From Bacteroidota bacterium (GTDB taxonomy: Bacteria > Bacteroidota > Bacteroidia > Bacteroidales > VadinHA17), in assembly GCA_018262715.1 (NCBI GenBank), contig JADFDS010000044.1, positions 41,527-105,526 of the forward strand: DNA of 64,000 nt, given 5' to 3'. The notes beneath the pieces were generated by a model that saw only the letters and a list, made by a program, of their open reading frames with translations, was not told the DNA's origin and ran no database searches. Shown piece by piece: positions 34,752 through 43,918 of the stretch; positions within the stretch are counted from its first letter, which is position 1, and each line of letters opens with the position of its first letter. A program made the position numbers and the translations under genes.

Positions 34752-36186
34752 GCTGACTTTCAGTGATATTGATTGCATCAGGCAGGATGTGATTCGTCAG
34801 GAAATCTGCTATTCGCACCTTGCTGACGAGCTCATCGATCATCTCTGCTGCGATGTGGAGAATGAGATGGCCGGTGGTCTCAGCTTCCGCGACGCATACA
34901 GGAAGGTGAAGGAATCACTTGGGCACCGCAGGCTCAGGGAGATACAGGAAGAAACTCTTTATGCTGTAGACACCAAATACAGGAATATGAAAAACACAAT
35001 GAAAATTTCAGCAATAACCGGTACCATAATGATCGGTTTTGCTGCCCTGTTCAAGATCATGCACTGGCCCGGCGCCGGTATCATGCTTACCCTCGGCAGC
35101 CTTTTACTGGCTTTTGTCTTCATGCCATCGGCACTGACGGTTCTCTGGAAAGAGACACACAGCGGGAAGAAACTCTTCCTGTATATATCGGCATTCATCA
35201 CCGCAATGCTCTTAATAATAGGTGTAACCGCAAAGGTACAGCACTGGCCGATGGCCGGACTGATCCTGGCTGTTGCATCACTGTCAGGGACCCTTGCCTT
35301 TGTCCCTGCCCTGCTCTCTGCAAAACTGAAGGATCAGGAAAACAGGTCGAAAAAGATAGTCTATATCTTAGGTGCTGCAGGCTTGATCTGTTCCATCATG
35401 GGATTGCTCTGCAAGATTCAGCACTGGCCACTGGCAACCATACTTCTGACATTCGGGACTGCAGTCATATTCTTCGCAGTATTTCCATTGTACACCTGGA
35501 TGACCTGGAGGGAAGAAAAAAACGTCAGCGCCAGATTCATTTTCATGATAGTCGGCCTGATAGGTCTGATGTTGCCGGTTTTAATGCTCAACCTCAGCCT
35601 GCAAAGGACTTTTGAGGCAGGTTACTACATACATCATGAAGAACAACAGGCTCTGTTTGATTACAGGTTCAGGTCAAATCAGTCATTGATCAGTCACTGC
35701 AATGACTCCTCTGCTTTACCAATCCTTAAGGAGCTAAATGACAGGACCGTTGAACTGATATCAGTCATCAACAATACCGAAGCCAGGCTCATTGCCGAAG
35801 CTGAAGGAAAACCCGGGGTGCCGGCAATACTGACCAATCAGATGGCAAAAACTGAGACCGGACCTGTAATACAGTTCAAGGCGATAAAGCAGCCGTTCCA
35901 TACTGCTCCTTTCAGGAACTTCCTGATGAAGGATTCAGGCCTGCGGAATGAACTTGCCGCTGCCCTGAAGAAATACTCTGATTATCTGTCGGGTCAGTTG
36001 CCTGCAGATAAGTTTGAAATGTACGCGAAGCTTCTTGAACCTTCCGTTTACCTGCAGGAGGTAAATCCTGAAACCGACAGGATCCCGCTGATAACCGGAC
36101 TGCATATGTTGGAACTGCTGAAAAACAGCATCCTTGCTGCAGAGGCATATGCAATTGAAACGGTTTCGGGAACTAATAACCAATAA
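34744..36186 (+). CDS. Membrane protein: HAAS-like cytoplasmic head, three GldL-like TM hairpins, and a TM plus GldM-N-like periplasmic domain
   Basis: The ATG overlaps the padR stop (ATGCCTGA). The head reads LADELIDHLCCDVENEMAGGLSFRDAYRKVKESLG. The hairpins carry LFKIMHWPGAG, AKVQHWPMAG and CKIQHWPLAT. The last TM ends ...LMLNLSLQ, and the C-terminus reads PLITGLHMLELLKNSILAAEAYA. Confidence 0.6.
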   Translation: MPELTFSDIDCIRQDVIRQEICYSHLADELIDHLCCDVENEMAGGLSFRDAYRKVKESLGHRRLREIQEETLYAVDTKYRNMKNTMKISAITGTIMIGFAALFKIMHWPGAGIMLTLGSLLLAFVFMPSALTVLWKETHSGKKLFLYISAFITAMLLIIGVTAKVQHWPMAGLILAVASLSGTLAFVPALLSAKLKDQENRSKKIVYILGAAGLICSIMGLLCKIQHWPLATILLTFGTAVIFFAVFPLYTWMTWREEKNVSARFIFMIVGLIGLMLPVLMLNLSLQRTFEAGYYIHHEEQQALFDYRFRSNQSLISHCNDSSALPILKELNDRTVELISVINNTEARLIAEAEGKPGVPAILTNQMAKTETGPVIQFKAIKQPFHTAPFRNFLMKDSGLRNELAAALKKYSDYLSGQLPADKFEMYAKLLEPSVYLQEVNPETDRIPLITGLHMLELLKNSILAAEAYAIETVSGTNNQ

Positions 36187-36197
36187 AACTTAAGGAT

Positions 36198-37136
36198 ATG
36201 AAACAGAAGATATATACCCTGGGGCTTATCATTACGTCGGTAATCTTTCTTGGTGCTCTGCTTAAGATAAATCACTGGCCCGGCGGAGGGCATCTTTTGA
36301 CTCTTGGTATTGTCACGCTCGCCGTGGTATTCCTTCCGCTGGCTTTGAGAAATCATTACAGGACTGAAGGCGGGAGAAAGAATCTGCTGCTTTACATTGT
36401 AACATGGGTCACATGTTTAGTTATGTTCGGTGGTATGCTTTTCAAGCTGATGCACTGGCCGGGAGCGGGAAAAGCCCTGCTGATAGCCCTCCCCTTCCCG
36501 TATGTTGTTTTCCTCCCGGTTTTTCTTGCTGTGACATCAAAGGATAAGAATTTCAGCATTCATAATACTGTTGCTGTACTTTTCCTTCTTGCAGGCACGT
36601 CAATCTCCTCTGCATTGCTGTCGCTCAATGTTTCGAAGGAGAGGCTTGATGACAGCATGCGGTTGTCGCGGAGTTATAACAGGATTGAGGCGGTACTTGA
36701 TGAGATCCCTTCTGCTGCGGGTCACACAACGGCTATAAACAATATAGATGAACTTCTGGGCATTATTGATGACTATCAGCGCAGAATATTCTCCATTGAG
36801 GGTATGTCGGAGGAAGACTGGAATAATGATCCATGGACATTCCCGTTCCCGGAAAAAACATCTATCGCAGATAAAACCCTGTTCATCGGAGGGAAGGATC
36901 CCACTTATGACACAAGGCTACAGACCGGGCTGGGAGAACTCGCCGGCGAACTTCAGAAGTCTGCCGCCAATGAAGAGATTGCCGGCAAAATACCATTAAT
37001 CCTTGGCTTCTATGAGACGCCCGGTGACAACCTGGGGTGGACGCAGGGTATGTTTGTTGTAAATCCCCGCGTGTGGTCACTTATTTATCTTGACGGCCTG
37101 GAAACAAATCTGAAGCTGATCAGGGCAGGAATCTGA
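36198..37136 (+). CDS. Membrane protein: two GldL-like TM hairpins, and a TM plus GldM-N-like periplasmic domain
   Basis: LLKINHWPGGG and LFKLMHWPGAG hairpins. The third module reads ...SSALLSLNVSKERLDDS (compare GldM ...MNVSKEV...). The C-terminus reads VWSLIYLDGLETNLKLIRAG. Confidence 0.6.
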   Translation: MKQKIYTLGLIITSVIFLGALLKINHWPGGGHLLTLGIVTLAVVFLPLALRNHYRTEGGRKNLLLYIVTWVTCLVMFGGMLFKLMHWPGAGKALLIALPFPYVVFLPVFLAVTSKDKNFSIHNTVAVLFLLAGTSISSALLSLNVSKERLDDSMRLSRSYNRIEAVLDEIPSAAGHTTAINNIDELLGIIDDYQRRIFSIEGMSEEDWNNDPWTFPFPEKTSIADKTLFIGGKDPTYDTRLQTGLGELAGELQKSAANEEIAGKIPLILGFYETPGDNLGWTQGMFVVNPRVWSLIYLDGLETNLKLIRAGI

Positions 37137-37232
37137 CCTTGTGAATAAAAGCCATCTTCCGGATCTGAAGATATCATACATCTTACAAAATACATCCTGA
37201 CAGCCTCATCCCATGAGGGTTTGCGGAGGTTT

Positions 37233-37248
37233 TGGCACACCCTTTGCA
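37233..37248 (+). promoter_or_regulatory. Near-consensus sigma54 (RpoN) -24/-12 promoter: TGGCAC-N5-TTGCA
   Basis: TGGCACACCCTTTGCA has GG and GC at canonical spacing. It lies 41 nt upstream of the ATG at 37289. The paralogous gene carries a related element at the same distance. Confidence 0.55.
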
Positions 37249-37288
37249 TTACCTCCATTGAAGAGCGATCTTCATAAAACGTAAAAAG

Positions 37289-39121
37289 ATGAAAAAGTCA
37301 GTTATCACATCGGTCCTCGCAGTTCTGGCAGCCTTAACGACGACAGTCGGGGCACAGAACTACCCGAAGGAATACCTGGGTCTCCCCGGTGACAACCTCA
37401 ACCTCTACGCGGTCATGGACCTGTTCCGTAATGCTCCCACCCTTGAAGCTTTCGAGAGAAGCCTCAACGAGCAGGACTCACGGATCAACAACCTCGACCT
37501 CAACGGTGACTGGAGGGTTGACTACATTGCCGTATCGGACTACCGCGACGGCAGGGTGCACAACATCGTGCTCCGTGCGGTGCTCGGGCGCAACGAGTAC
37601 CAGGATGTGGCGGTGATAGTGGTGGAAAGGATGAAGAAGAAGAGGGTTGTGATACAGATAATCGGCGACGAGCTCCTCTACGGGAGGAACTACATAATAG
37701 AACCGGTCTACGCCAAAAAGCACAGGATCAGGCACGAGTACGGCCCGGTCTACTACGGAGGCGCGACGATATACAACAACTACTACTACGACATGTGGGA
37801 CTGGCCGGTGGTTGTCCACATCTACAGTCCTTACTACGACGGATGGAGCTCATCATGGTACTGGGGTTACTACCCCACCTGGTATGAGCCCTGGAGCCCC
37901 TGGTACTGGGACTACTACTACGGATACCACTCCGGGTGGCACAGCCACTACCACAGCTACTATCACCACAGTGACCGCTACAGGTACCAAAGGTACAATG
38001 ACTACTACTACCACAGTGTAAGGCAGGAGTCGCCCCAGGTACAGCGCAGGGTAGCTGAAGGCAACTACAGGCAGACCTACTCACGCCCCGAGCAGAGGGC
38101 TGAAGGGATGGATCTGCAGCGCAGGACCCGCGAAGCGATAACTGAAGGCACCCGCAGCCAGGCTCCGGCGAACGCCGGCACAAGGCGGCAGGCAACCCCT
38201 CAGGCAGTGAGCGGAACGGTTCCTTCTGAGGGCAGGAGGACCGCCGCAGGCACCGAAGGACGACGTGCAGCGGAGACTGAAGCAACCAGAAGGGCTTCCA
38301 CCGAGACTGTCAGCAGGAATGCTGAGGAGAACGGACAGACCAGAAGAGCCGGCACCGGCACCGTCAGCAGGGAAGCTGCCGGGAACGACGCCACCAGGAG
38401 GAGCACCACCGGCACGGTAAGCAGGGAAGCAGCCACCACTGAGGAAGCAAGAAGGGCTCCTGCAACGTTAAGCAGGACCGATCAGAACAGTGAGCACAAC
38501 GCGCAGACAGGTGAGACGGTCAGAAGGACTGCTGCCTCTGCCCCGGTAACGGTGAAGAGCGCTGAAAGCGAGGCCGCAGAGGCACGCGAAGCTCAGGCAC
38601 GCGAAGCTCAGGCCCGTGAGGTACAGGCCCGTGAGAATGAGAGAAGGGCAGCTGAAGCCAGGGAAGCACAGCAGCGCGCCGCAGAGCAGAGGGCAGCTGA
38701 AGCCAGGGCCGAGCAGCAGAGGATGAGCGAACAGCGTGCCGCAGAGGCCCGCGAAGCTCAGGCCCGTGAGGTACAGGCCCGTGAGAATGAGAGAAGGGCA
38801 TCTGAAGCCAGGGAAGCACAGCAGCGTGCCGCAGAGCAGAGGGCAGCTGAAGCCAGGGCCGAGCAGCAGAGGGTGAGCGAGCAGCGTGCCGCAGAGGCCC
38901 GCGAAGCTCAGGCCCGCGAGGTACAGGCCCGTGAGAATGAGAGAAGGGCATCTGAAGCCAGGGAAGCACAGCAGCGTGCTGCAGAGCAGAGAGCTGCAGA
39001 ATCACGCGAGAATGAAAGAAGAGCCGCCGAAGCCCGTGAAAACGAAAGAAGAGCCGCCGAGAACAGAGCCGCCCAGCAGAGAACACTGGAATCAGGTTCC
39101 GACAGAATCAGCCGCAAATAA
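37289..39121 (+). CDS. Secreted protein: conserved N-domain, Tyr/Trp/His-rich core and Glu/Arg/Ala/Gln-rich 50-aa repeat tail (paralog of 19282..20781)
   Basis: Signal peptide MKKSVITSVLAVLAALTTTVGAQ. The N-domain reads YPKEYLGLPGDNLNLYAVM...NNLDLNGDWRVDY...IIGDELLYGRNYIIEP. The aromatic block reads WYWGYYPTWYEPWSPWYWDYYYGYHSGWHSHYHSYYHH. The tail contains (AEAREAQAREVQARENERRASEAREAQQRAAEQRAAEARAEQQRVSEQRA)n. Confidence 0.75.
   Translation: MKKSVITSVLAVLAALTTTVGAQNYPKEYLGLPGDNLNLYAVMDLFRNAPTLEAFERSLNEQDSRINNLDLNGDWRVDYIAVSDYRDGRVHNIVLRAVLGRNEYQDVAVIVVERMKKKRVVIQIIGDELLYGRNYIIEPVYAKKHRIRHEYGPVYYGGATIYNNYYYDMWDWPVVVHIYSPYYDGWSSSWYWGYYPTWYEPWSPWYWDYYYGYHSGWHSHYHSYYHHSDRYRYQRYNDYYYHSVRQESPQVQRRVAEGNYRQTYSRPEQRAEGMDLQRRTREAITEGTRSQAPANAGTRRQATPQAVSGTVPSEGRRTAAGTEGRRAAETEATRRASTETVSRNAEENGQTRRAGTGTVSREAAGNDATRRSTTGTVSREAATTEEARRAPATLSRTDQNSEHNAQTGETVRRTAASAPVTVKSAESEAAEAREAQAREAQAREVQARENERRAAEAREAQQRAAEQRAAEARAEQQRMSEQRAAEAREAQAREVQARENERRASEAREAQQRAAEQRAAEARAEQQRVSEQRAAEAREAQAREVQARENERRASEAREAQQRAAEQRAAESRENERRAAEARENERRAAENRAAQQRTLESGSDRISRK
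38573..39075 (+). repeat. Coding tandem repeat, period 150 nt, about 3 copies plus degenerate ends
   Basis: gcagaggcccgcgaagctcaggcccg... recurs at 38741 and 38891, exactly 150 nt apart. An earlier variant copy starts at about 38575. Confidence 0.85.
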
Positions 39122-39141
39122 AACTTAACTGACTGTTCAAT

Positions 39142-39178
39142 AGTCCCGCTGACCACCAGATCAGCGGGACTTTATTAT
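39142..39178 (+). terminator. Rho-independent terminator
   Basis: Stem AGTCCCGCTGA / TCAGCGGGACT (11 bp) with an 8-nt loop, followed by TTTATTATT. Confidence 0.8.
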
Positions 39179-39243
39179 TCTATCCCGGACTTGCCGGAAC
39201 ATATCAACATTATAATTGTTCTATATTCGTTAAAAAAACAACA

Positions 39244-40173
39244 ATGCAGACAATTCTCGGCGCTAACGGTACCATAGGAAAGATCCTTGCAAAAGAACTT
39301 CCCGTGTACACTGACAGGATACGGCTTGTAAGCCGGAACCCGATCAGGGTGAACGAAACTGATGAACTGATGCCCCTTGATCTGACGCAACCGGGAGCTG
39401 TCGATAAAGCCGTGCAAGGCTCCGAGGTCGTATACCTTGTAGTGGGCCTTGAATACAAGTTGAGGGTATGGGAACAATACTGGCCGACCCTGATGAGAGA
39501 TACAATCAATGCATGTCTCAAATATGGGGCAAAACTGGTGTTCTTTGACAATGTCTATATGTACGATAAGAACCACATGTCACAGCTTTCCGAGAACACC
39601 CCGGTCAACCCGCCCAGCCGCAAGGGTGCAGTCAGAAAATGGATTTCCGAAATGCTTCTGGAAGCGGTAAAGGATATGGGTCTGCAGGGGCTGATAGCCC
39701 GTTCGGCCGACTTTTACGGTCCTGCCACTGAAAACAATTTCGTGACCCAGATGGTTCTGAAGAACCTTTCTGACGGTAAGAAGCCGATGTGGTTTGTGGG
39801 ATCTGACATCAGGCACTCCTTCACCTACACCCCTGACGCAGGCAAGGCGACAGCCCTGCTTGGCAATACGCACGACGCCTACGGCCAGGTCTGGCACCTT
39901 CCTACTGACAGCAGGCCTGTCACAGGCAAACAGTTCATATCAATGATTGCCACCGAATTGGGTACCACAGCACCAAAACTCACCATACTTCCCAAATGGA
40001 TGCTCCGCCCGCTGGGCCTGTTCATCCCCGTGATGAAAGAGATGCCGGAGATGATGTACCAGTACGACAGGGAATACTTCTTCGACTCATCTAAATTCAC
40101 CGGCCGGTTCGGTACAAAGGCCACTCCCTACGAGGAAGGAATCAGGGCAACCTGTCAGGCTTACAGGCACTGA
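39244..40173 (+). CDS. NAD(P)-binding SDR-family protein (epimerase/dehydratase-like, atypical)
   Basis: The N-terminal ILGANGTIGKIL matches GxxGxxG; 309 aa. Confidence 0.75.
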   Translation: MQTILGANGTIGKILAKELPVYTDRIRLVSRNPIRVNETDELMPLDLTQPGAVDKAVQGSEVVYLVVGLEYKLRVWEQYWPTLMRDTINACLKYGAKLVFFDNVYMYDKNHMSQLSENTPVNPPSRKGAVRKWISEMLLEAVKDMGLQGLIARSADFYGPATENNFVTQMVLKNLSDGKKPMWFVGSDIRHSFTYTPDAGKATALLGNTHDAYGQVWHLPTDSRPVTGKQFISMIATELGTTAPKLTILPKWMLRPLGLFIPVMKEMPEMMYQYDREYFFDSSKFTGRFGTKATPYEEGIRATCQAYRH

Positions 40174-40371
40174 TAAACAGTGCAATGCATTCTGAGTGGC
40201 CATATCAGGCATCACCCACCTCCCATTTTGGAATGAATTTTGTTTAACCGGTAATGCCATTCTTTTAGACAGGCATGCTATTTTTGCCGATAGAGGCTGT
40301 TAATAATACTGAAAAAAGTAAGGCGGAACCGAAAAGCCAAACGAGTAGGAAAACATTAAAACTTTTTTATC

Positions 40372-40839
40372 ATGAAGAAAATGTTATTTATTGTTGCACT
40401 GATAAGCCTTAGCGCTGTTGCAGGCGCACAGATCAGTTCCAATGCCCTTGGTGCCCGTCTCTACGGAGGCGACAGCTTCAGCGGGGCAGAACTGTCATAC
40501 CAGAAGGGACTCAACGACAGGAACAGGCTTGAGCTTGATGCCAGCTTTGGCTTCAGCAGTGAGTTTACCAGGGTGGCGCTTGTTGGGATCTATCACTGGG
40601 ACTGGAATATCGCCGGAGGATTCAACTGGTATGTAGGTCCTGGCGCAAGTGTTGCATATGACAACTTCAATGAAAATTCCTACGTCAATATCGGCCTTGG
40701 CGGCCAGATTGGCATTGAATATAAATTCAAGGATCTGCCTATTTTGATCAGCCTTGACAGCCGCCCGATGTGGGATTTCCTGGGTGATGTCAACGGACTG
40801 GGATGGGGTGCAGCCCTCGGCATAAGGTTTACCTGGTAA
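40372..40839 (+). CDS. Small outer-membrane beta-barrel protein (OmpA-beta/OmpW-like porin family)
   Basis: 155 aa with a signal peptide, an alternating beta-strand pattern, and a terminal ...GIRFTW aromatic. Confidence 0.7.
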   Translation: MKKMLFIVALISLSAVAGAQISSNALGARLYGGDSFSGAELSYQKGLNDRNRLELDASFGFSSEFTRVALVGIYHWDWNIAGGFNWYVGPGASVAYDNFNENSYVNIGLGGQIGIEYKFKDLPILISLDSRPMWDFLGDVNGLGWGAALGIRFTW

Positions 40840-40878
40840 CCCAGGACACCGGGTAAACCCGGATGCATTTAAAAGACA

Positions 40879-41373
40879 GTGAAATACCTTCTCAGCATAC
40901 TGCTGCCACTCCTGCCATTGATCATGTCAGGCCAGGCAGCATCAACGGAACCGGAAGTGTGGTTCACCGTCACCCGCGTGGTTGACGGTGACACCTTCTG
41001 GGTTGATGACGGCAGCGAGAAGGGAATGAAAATAAGGCTTATTGGCATTGATGCGCCTGAGCCGCGAAACACCGGAACAAGACCGAAAGGGTTTTTCGGT
41101 GCCGAGTCAACCAGTTACCTCCGGGAGCTGTTAAGAGGAAAGAAGGTCAGGCTCGAATACGATGTCTCACGCCTTGATCGTTACAGGCGCACACTTGCGT
41201 ATGCATACCTTGAGGACGGCACTTTTATCAACGCCGAGCTGGTGCGAAACGGCTATGCCACGGTGATGACAATGCCTCCCAATGTGAAATACGCTGAGAC
41301 ATTCAATGAGCTGGCCTCGAAGGCCCGAAAACAAAAGAAGGGACTCTGGAAAGAGTCGCCTTCTTTAAAATAA
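40879..41373 (+). CDS. Secreted thermonuclease (staphylococcal nuclease/SNase family)
   Basis: VTRVVDGDTFWV...IRLIGIDAPE...LDRYRRTLAYAYL..G..INAELVRNGYA are SNase hallmarks. GTG start. Confidence 0.85.
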   Translation: MKYLLSILLPLLPLIMSGQAASTEPEVWFTVTRVVDGDTFWVDDGSEKGMKIRLIGIDAPEPRNTGTRPKGFFGAESTSYLRELLRGKKVRLEYDVSRLDRYRRTLAYAYLEDGTFINAELVRNGYATVMTMPPNVKYAETFNELASKARKQKKGLWKESPSLK

Positions 41374-41397
41374 GATAACAGGAAGCTGACTGTACGG

Positions 41398-42012
41398 TTA
41401 CTTTACCTGCTCCAGGAGCGAGTTAAGACGCGTCCTTGCTACTGAACCCTTTGTTGTGCCTCCCACTTCTTCCACTTCCTTGTGAATGGCACCTTCGTAT
41501 GACCCGGTGATTTTCCCTGTCTCGGTATATGTGGTATTATCCCCCATCAATTCATAGTCGCCAACGCTGATATCATTGAACTTAACCGAGTAGAGGCCGT
41601 CAGGGTTAACGGTTACATCAACGCTTCCGCCATCACCGGTCAGGTAATATGAATCTCCGTCAAACGAAATACCGCTGATGAAAAACAGTGCAAACGGATA
41701 GAGACACCTGTCATCATCCTCAGTATAGCCAAGTGAAGGATAGTTGCCGCTGAGGGTCTTGACATTCTTATCCAGAACAGCCAGCGCAAGCATGGTTGTG
41801 TCTCCGTTTTCAATGTTTCCGAACATGAACTGGAAGACATGCATCTCATTTGAAGCTCCCTTATTGAAGACCTCTTCTATAAGGTAAAGATCATTGATCA
41901 GGTACTCATCTCCGTCAAATGTAAATGAGTTCACCGGATCATTGTTCTTTGAACAGGAAAACAGTGTCAGCAGGGCAGACAGCCCGACAAGCAGAATTGC
42001 ATTTTTTTTCAT
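41398..42012 (-). CDS. Hypothetical lipoprotein
   Basis: Lipoprotein signal LLTLFSC. 204 aa with no recognised motif. Confidence 0.6.
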   Translation of the reverse strand: MKKNAILLVGLSALLTLFSCSKNNDPVNSFTFDGDEYLINDLYLIEEVFNKGASNEMHVFQFMFGNIENGDTTMLALAVLDKNVKTLSGNYPSLGYTEDDDRCLYPFALFFISGISFDGDSYYLTGDGGSVDVTVNPDGLYSVKFNDISVGDYELMGDNTTYTETGKITGSYEGAIHKEVEEVGGTTKGSVARTRLNSLLEQVK

Positions 42013-42182
42013 GACAATTGGTTTAATGAATCATTATAAATGAGTTATCAGAAGACAATTCCCGTTATACGGTTGCAGACCCGTATTACTTGAAACACAG
42101 GCAAACGCTGAATTATTGCAGGAAAGCAAATAAAAATTGATAGTTTTACAGCAGAATACATTATCCGTCTGATACCCGTCAT

Positions 42183-43127
42183 ATGAAAAAAATTGCCCTT
42201 CTGCTGGCACTGACAGCCGTTGCAACAGGCCTGTTCTGCCAGGTTGACACAACCTCAGTATCTTATGTAGCATACTGGTCCACAGGTGATTCATACGATT
42301 TCAGGGTTCACAAAACCAGCATGCAGTGGGTTGGTGACTCCCTCACAAAAAATGACATTTCGGAGTATACAGCCAACTTCGAGGTGGTTGATTCAACTGA
42401 CACCTCCTACACCGTGGTCTGGACATTCAGCAATGAGCTTATCAATACGTGGGATATACCTGACGAACTGCTTGAAGAGCTCTCGAAATACTCAGTAACT
42501 GAAGTAGTTTATACCACAACCGAACTTGGCGAGTTCAACGGTATTGAGAACTGGAAGGAGCTCGGGGAAATGATGCGTTCCATGTTTTCCGACGTCTTCA
42601 GGGTGATCTCGAAAGACTCCGGAGAGGAATATGAAAAGCTGATGCAGACTGCCCGGCCAATCATCGACATGTACAGTTCAAAGGAGGGCGTGGAACAGAT
42701 GGCCTTCCCGGAGCTGATGCTGTTTCATTTCCCCTTCGGGGCGATGATACCCGTGGCTGACACCATTTCATACGAAGACCTGTTCCCAAACCTTCTCGGC
42801 GGCGATCCGATAAGGGCTGATGCAAAACTGTGGTTCGAAGAGGTCGATTTCGAAGAAGAACGAAGCGTACTGGTGCAGGAGTCGAAACTGAACAGGGATG
42901 ATACGATGGCTTTCCTCCGGAGTATTTTTGACAGGATGGGGGTGGAAGACGCATCACTGACCGAGGCTCTGGCGATGGCTGTTTATGAGATCAATATCAG
43001 CAACCGGTACGACTATTACTATTATCCCGGCGTTCCTGTCAATATTGAATTTAAGAGGAACATGACCATTGACGTTGCCGGGCAAAGGACCAGGAGAAAT
43101 GACACGATCACCATCGAGCTCCTCTGA
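42183..43127 (+). CDS. Hypothetical secreted protein
   Basis: Signal peptide MKKIALLLALTAVATGLFCQ. 314 aa with no recognised motif. Confidence 0.6.
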   Translation: MKKIALLLALTAVATGLFCQVDTTSVSYVAYWSTGDSYDFRVHKTSMQWVGDSLTKNDISEYTANFEVVDSTDTSYTVVWTFSNELINTWDIPDELLEELSKYSVTEVVYTTTELGEFNGIENWKELGEMMRSMFSDVFRVISKDSGEEYEKLMQTARPIIDMYSSKEGVEQMAFPELMLFHFPFGAMIPVADTISYEDLFPNLLGGDPIRADAKLWFEEVDFEEERSVLVQESKLNRDDTMAFLRSIFDRMGVEDASLTEALAMAVYEINISNRYDYYYYPGVPVNIEFKRNMTIDVAGQRTRRNDTITIELL

Positions 43128-43138
43128 TACCCGGGAAA

Positions 43139-43804
43139 ATGGCTTCAGAGGCTGACATAAGATCCGGAATACAATTGAAGGAATTACGATTGATATTTGT
43201 CTTTCTGGCAGTTGCAATGCTGCTGTTGGCTGGATCCTGTTCGCGCAGGGCTGTGCCTGCTGACTCAGGCAATGGCAACTCCGGGCGAAGTGCAGGCGGT
43301 GTTCTCATCAAAACTCCTGAATTTTCCCTGCGTATACCCGATGTCTCCATCAGTCCGTCCGAAACGAAGCGGCTGGAACAGTTCATGAATGCCGGGATTG
43401 AACGTTCAGTTGGTACCGGTACTGTCTCCCCCGCTGCGATAATCGGTACGGCACGAGAATACCTGGGTGTGCCGCACTGCATGGGTGGCACGACGGAGAA
43501 GTGCACGGACTGTTCAGGGCTGATATTCAGGGTTTTTGCAACACACGGGATAATACTTCCGCACAACTCAGAGGAACAGGCCAGGTACGGCAGGATTATT
43601 ACTGAAAGGGAGCTGCTCATGCCGGGCGATCTGGTCTTTTTCGTCAGGACATACAACACCAGCCGGCTGATAACTCATTCGGGCATTTTCATCGGTGAGG
43701 GCAGGTTCATCCATACCTCTTCCAGCCAGGGAGTGACAATCACTCCGCTGGATGATCCGTACTGGAAGGATCGGTACCTCTTCGGTACGAGAATCTTCGA
43801 GTGA
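43139..43804 (+). CDS. NlpC/P60 (C40) cell-wall peptidase lipoprotein
   Basis: Catalytic Cys in CTDCSGLIFRVF and His in ITHSGIFIGEGRFIHTSS. PGDLVFF motif and lipobox LLAGSC. Confidence 0.85.
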   Translation: MASEADIRSGIQLKELRLIFVFLAVAMLLLAGSCSRRAVPADSGNGNSGRSAGGVLIKTPEFSLRIPDVSISPSETKRLEQFMNAGIERSVGTGTVSPAAIIGTAREYLGVPHCMGGTTEKCTDCSGLIFRVFATHGIILPHNSEEQARYGRIITERELLMPGDLVFFVRTYNTSRLITHSGIFIGEGRFIHTSSSQGVTITPLDDPYWKDRYLFGTRIFE

Positions 43805-43918
43805 AACTCACTCCACGGGCATGTCCCGTGCCGCATCCTGGGCCGGTTATACGAGATCCCTTACCTTCCGTGTTGCTCCTGTTTGGAGAGAGAACTGATC
43901 ATTGAGTCAAGCATTTGC

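Noticed and set aside
37478-39156. Antisense and off-frame ORFs across the 37289 gene (113, 185, 79, 188 and 82 aa)
   Set aside because: Their composition is highly biased and is generated by the repeats and aromatic-codon runs. They overlap a gene with a conserved paralog and a signal peptide.
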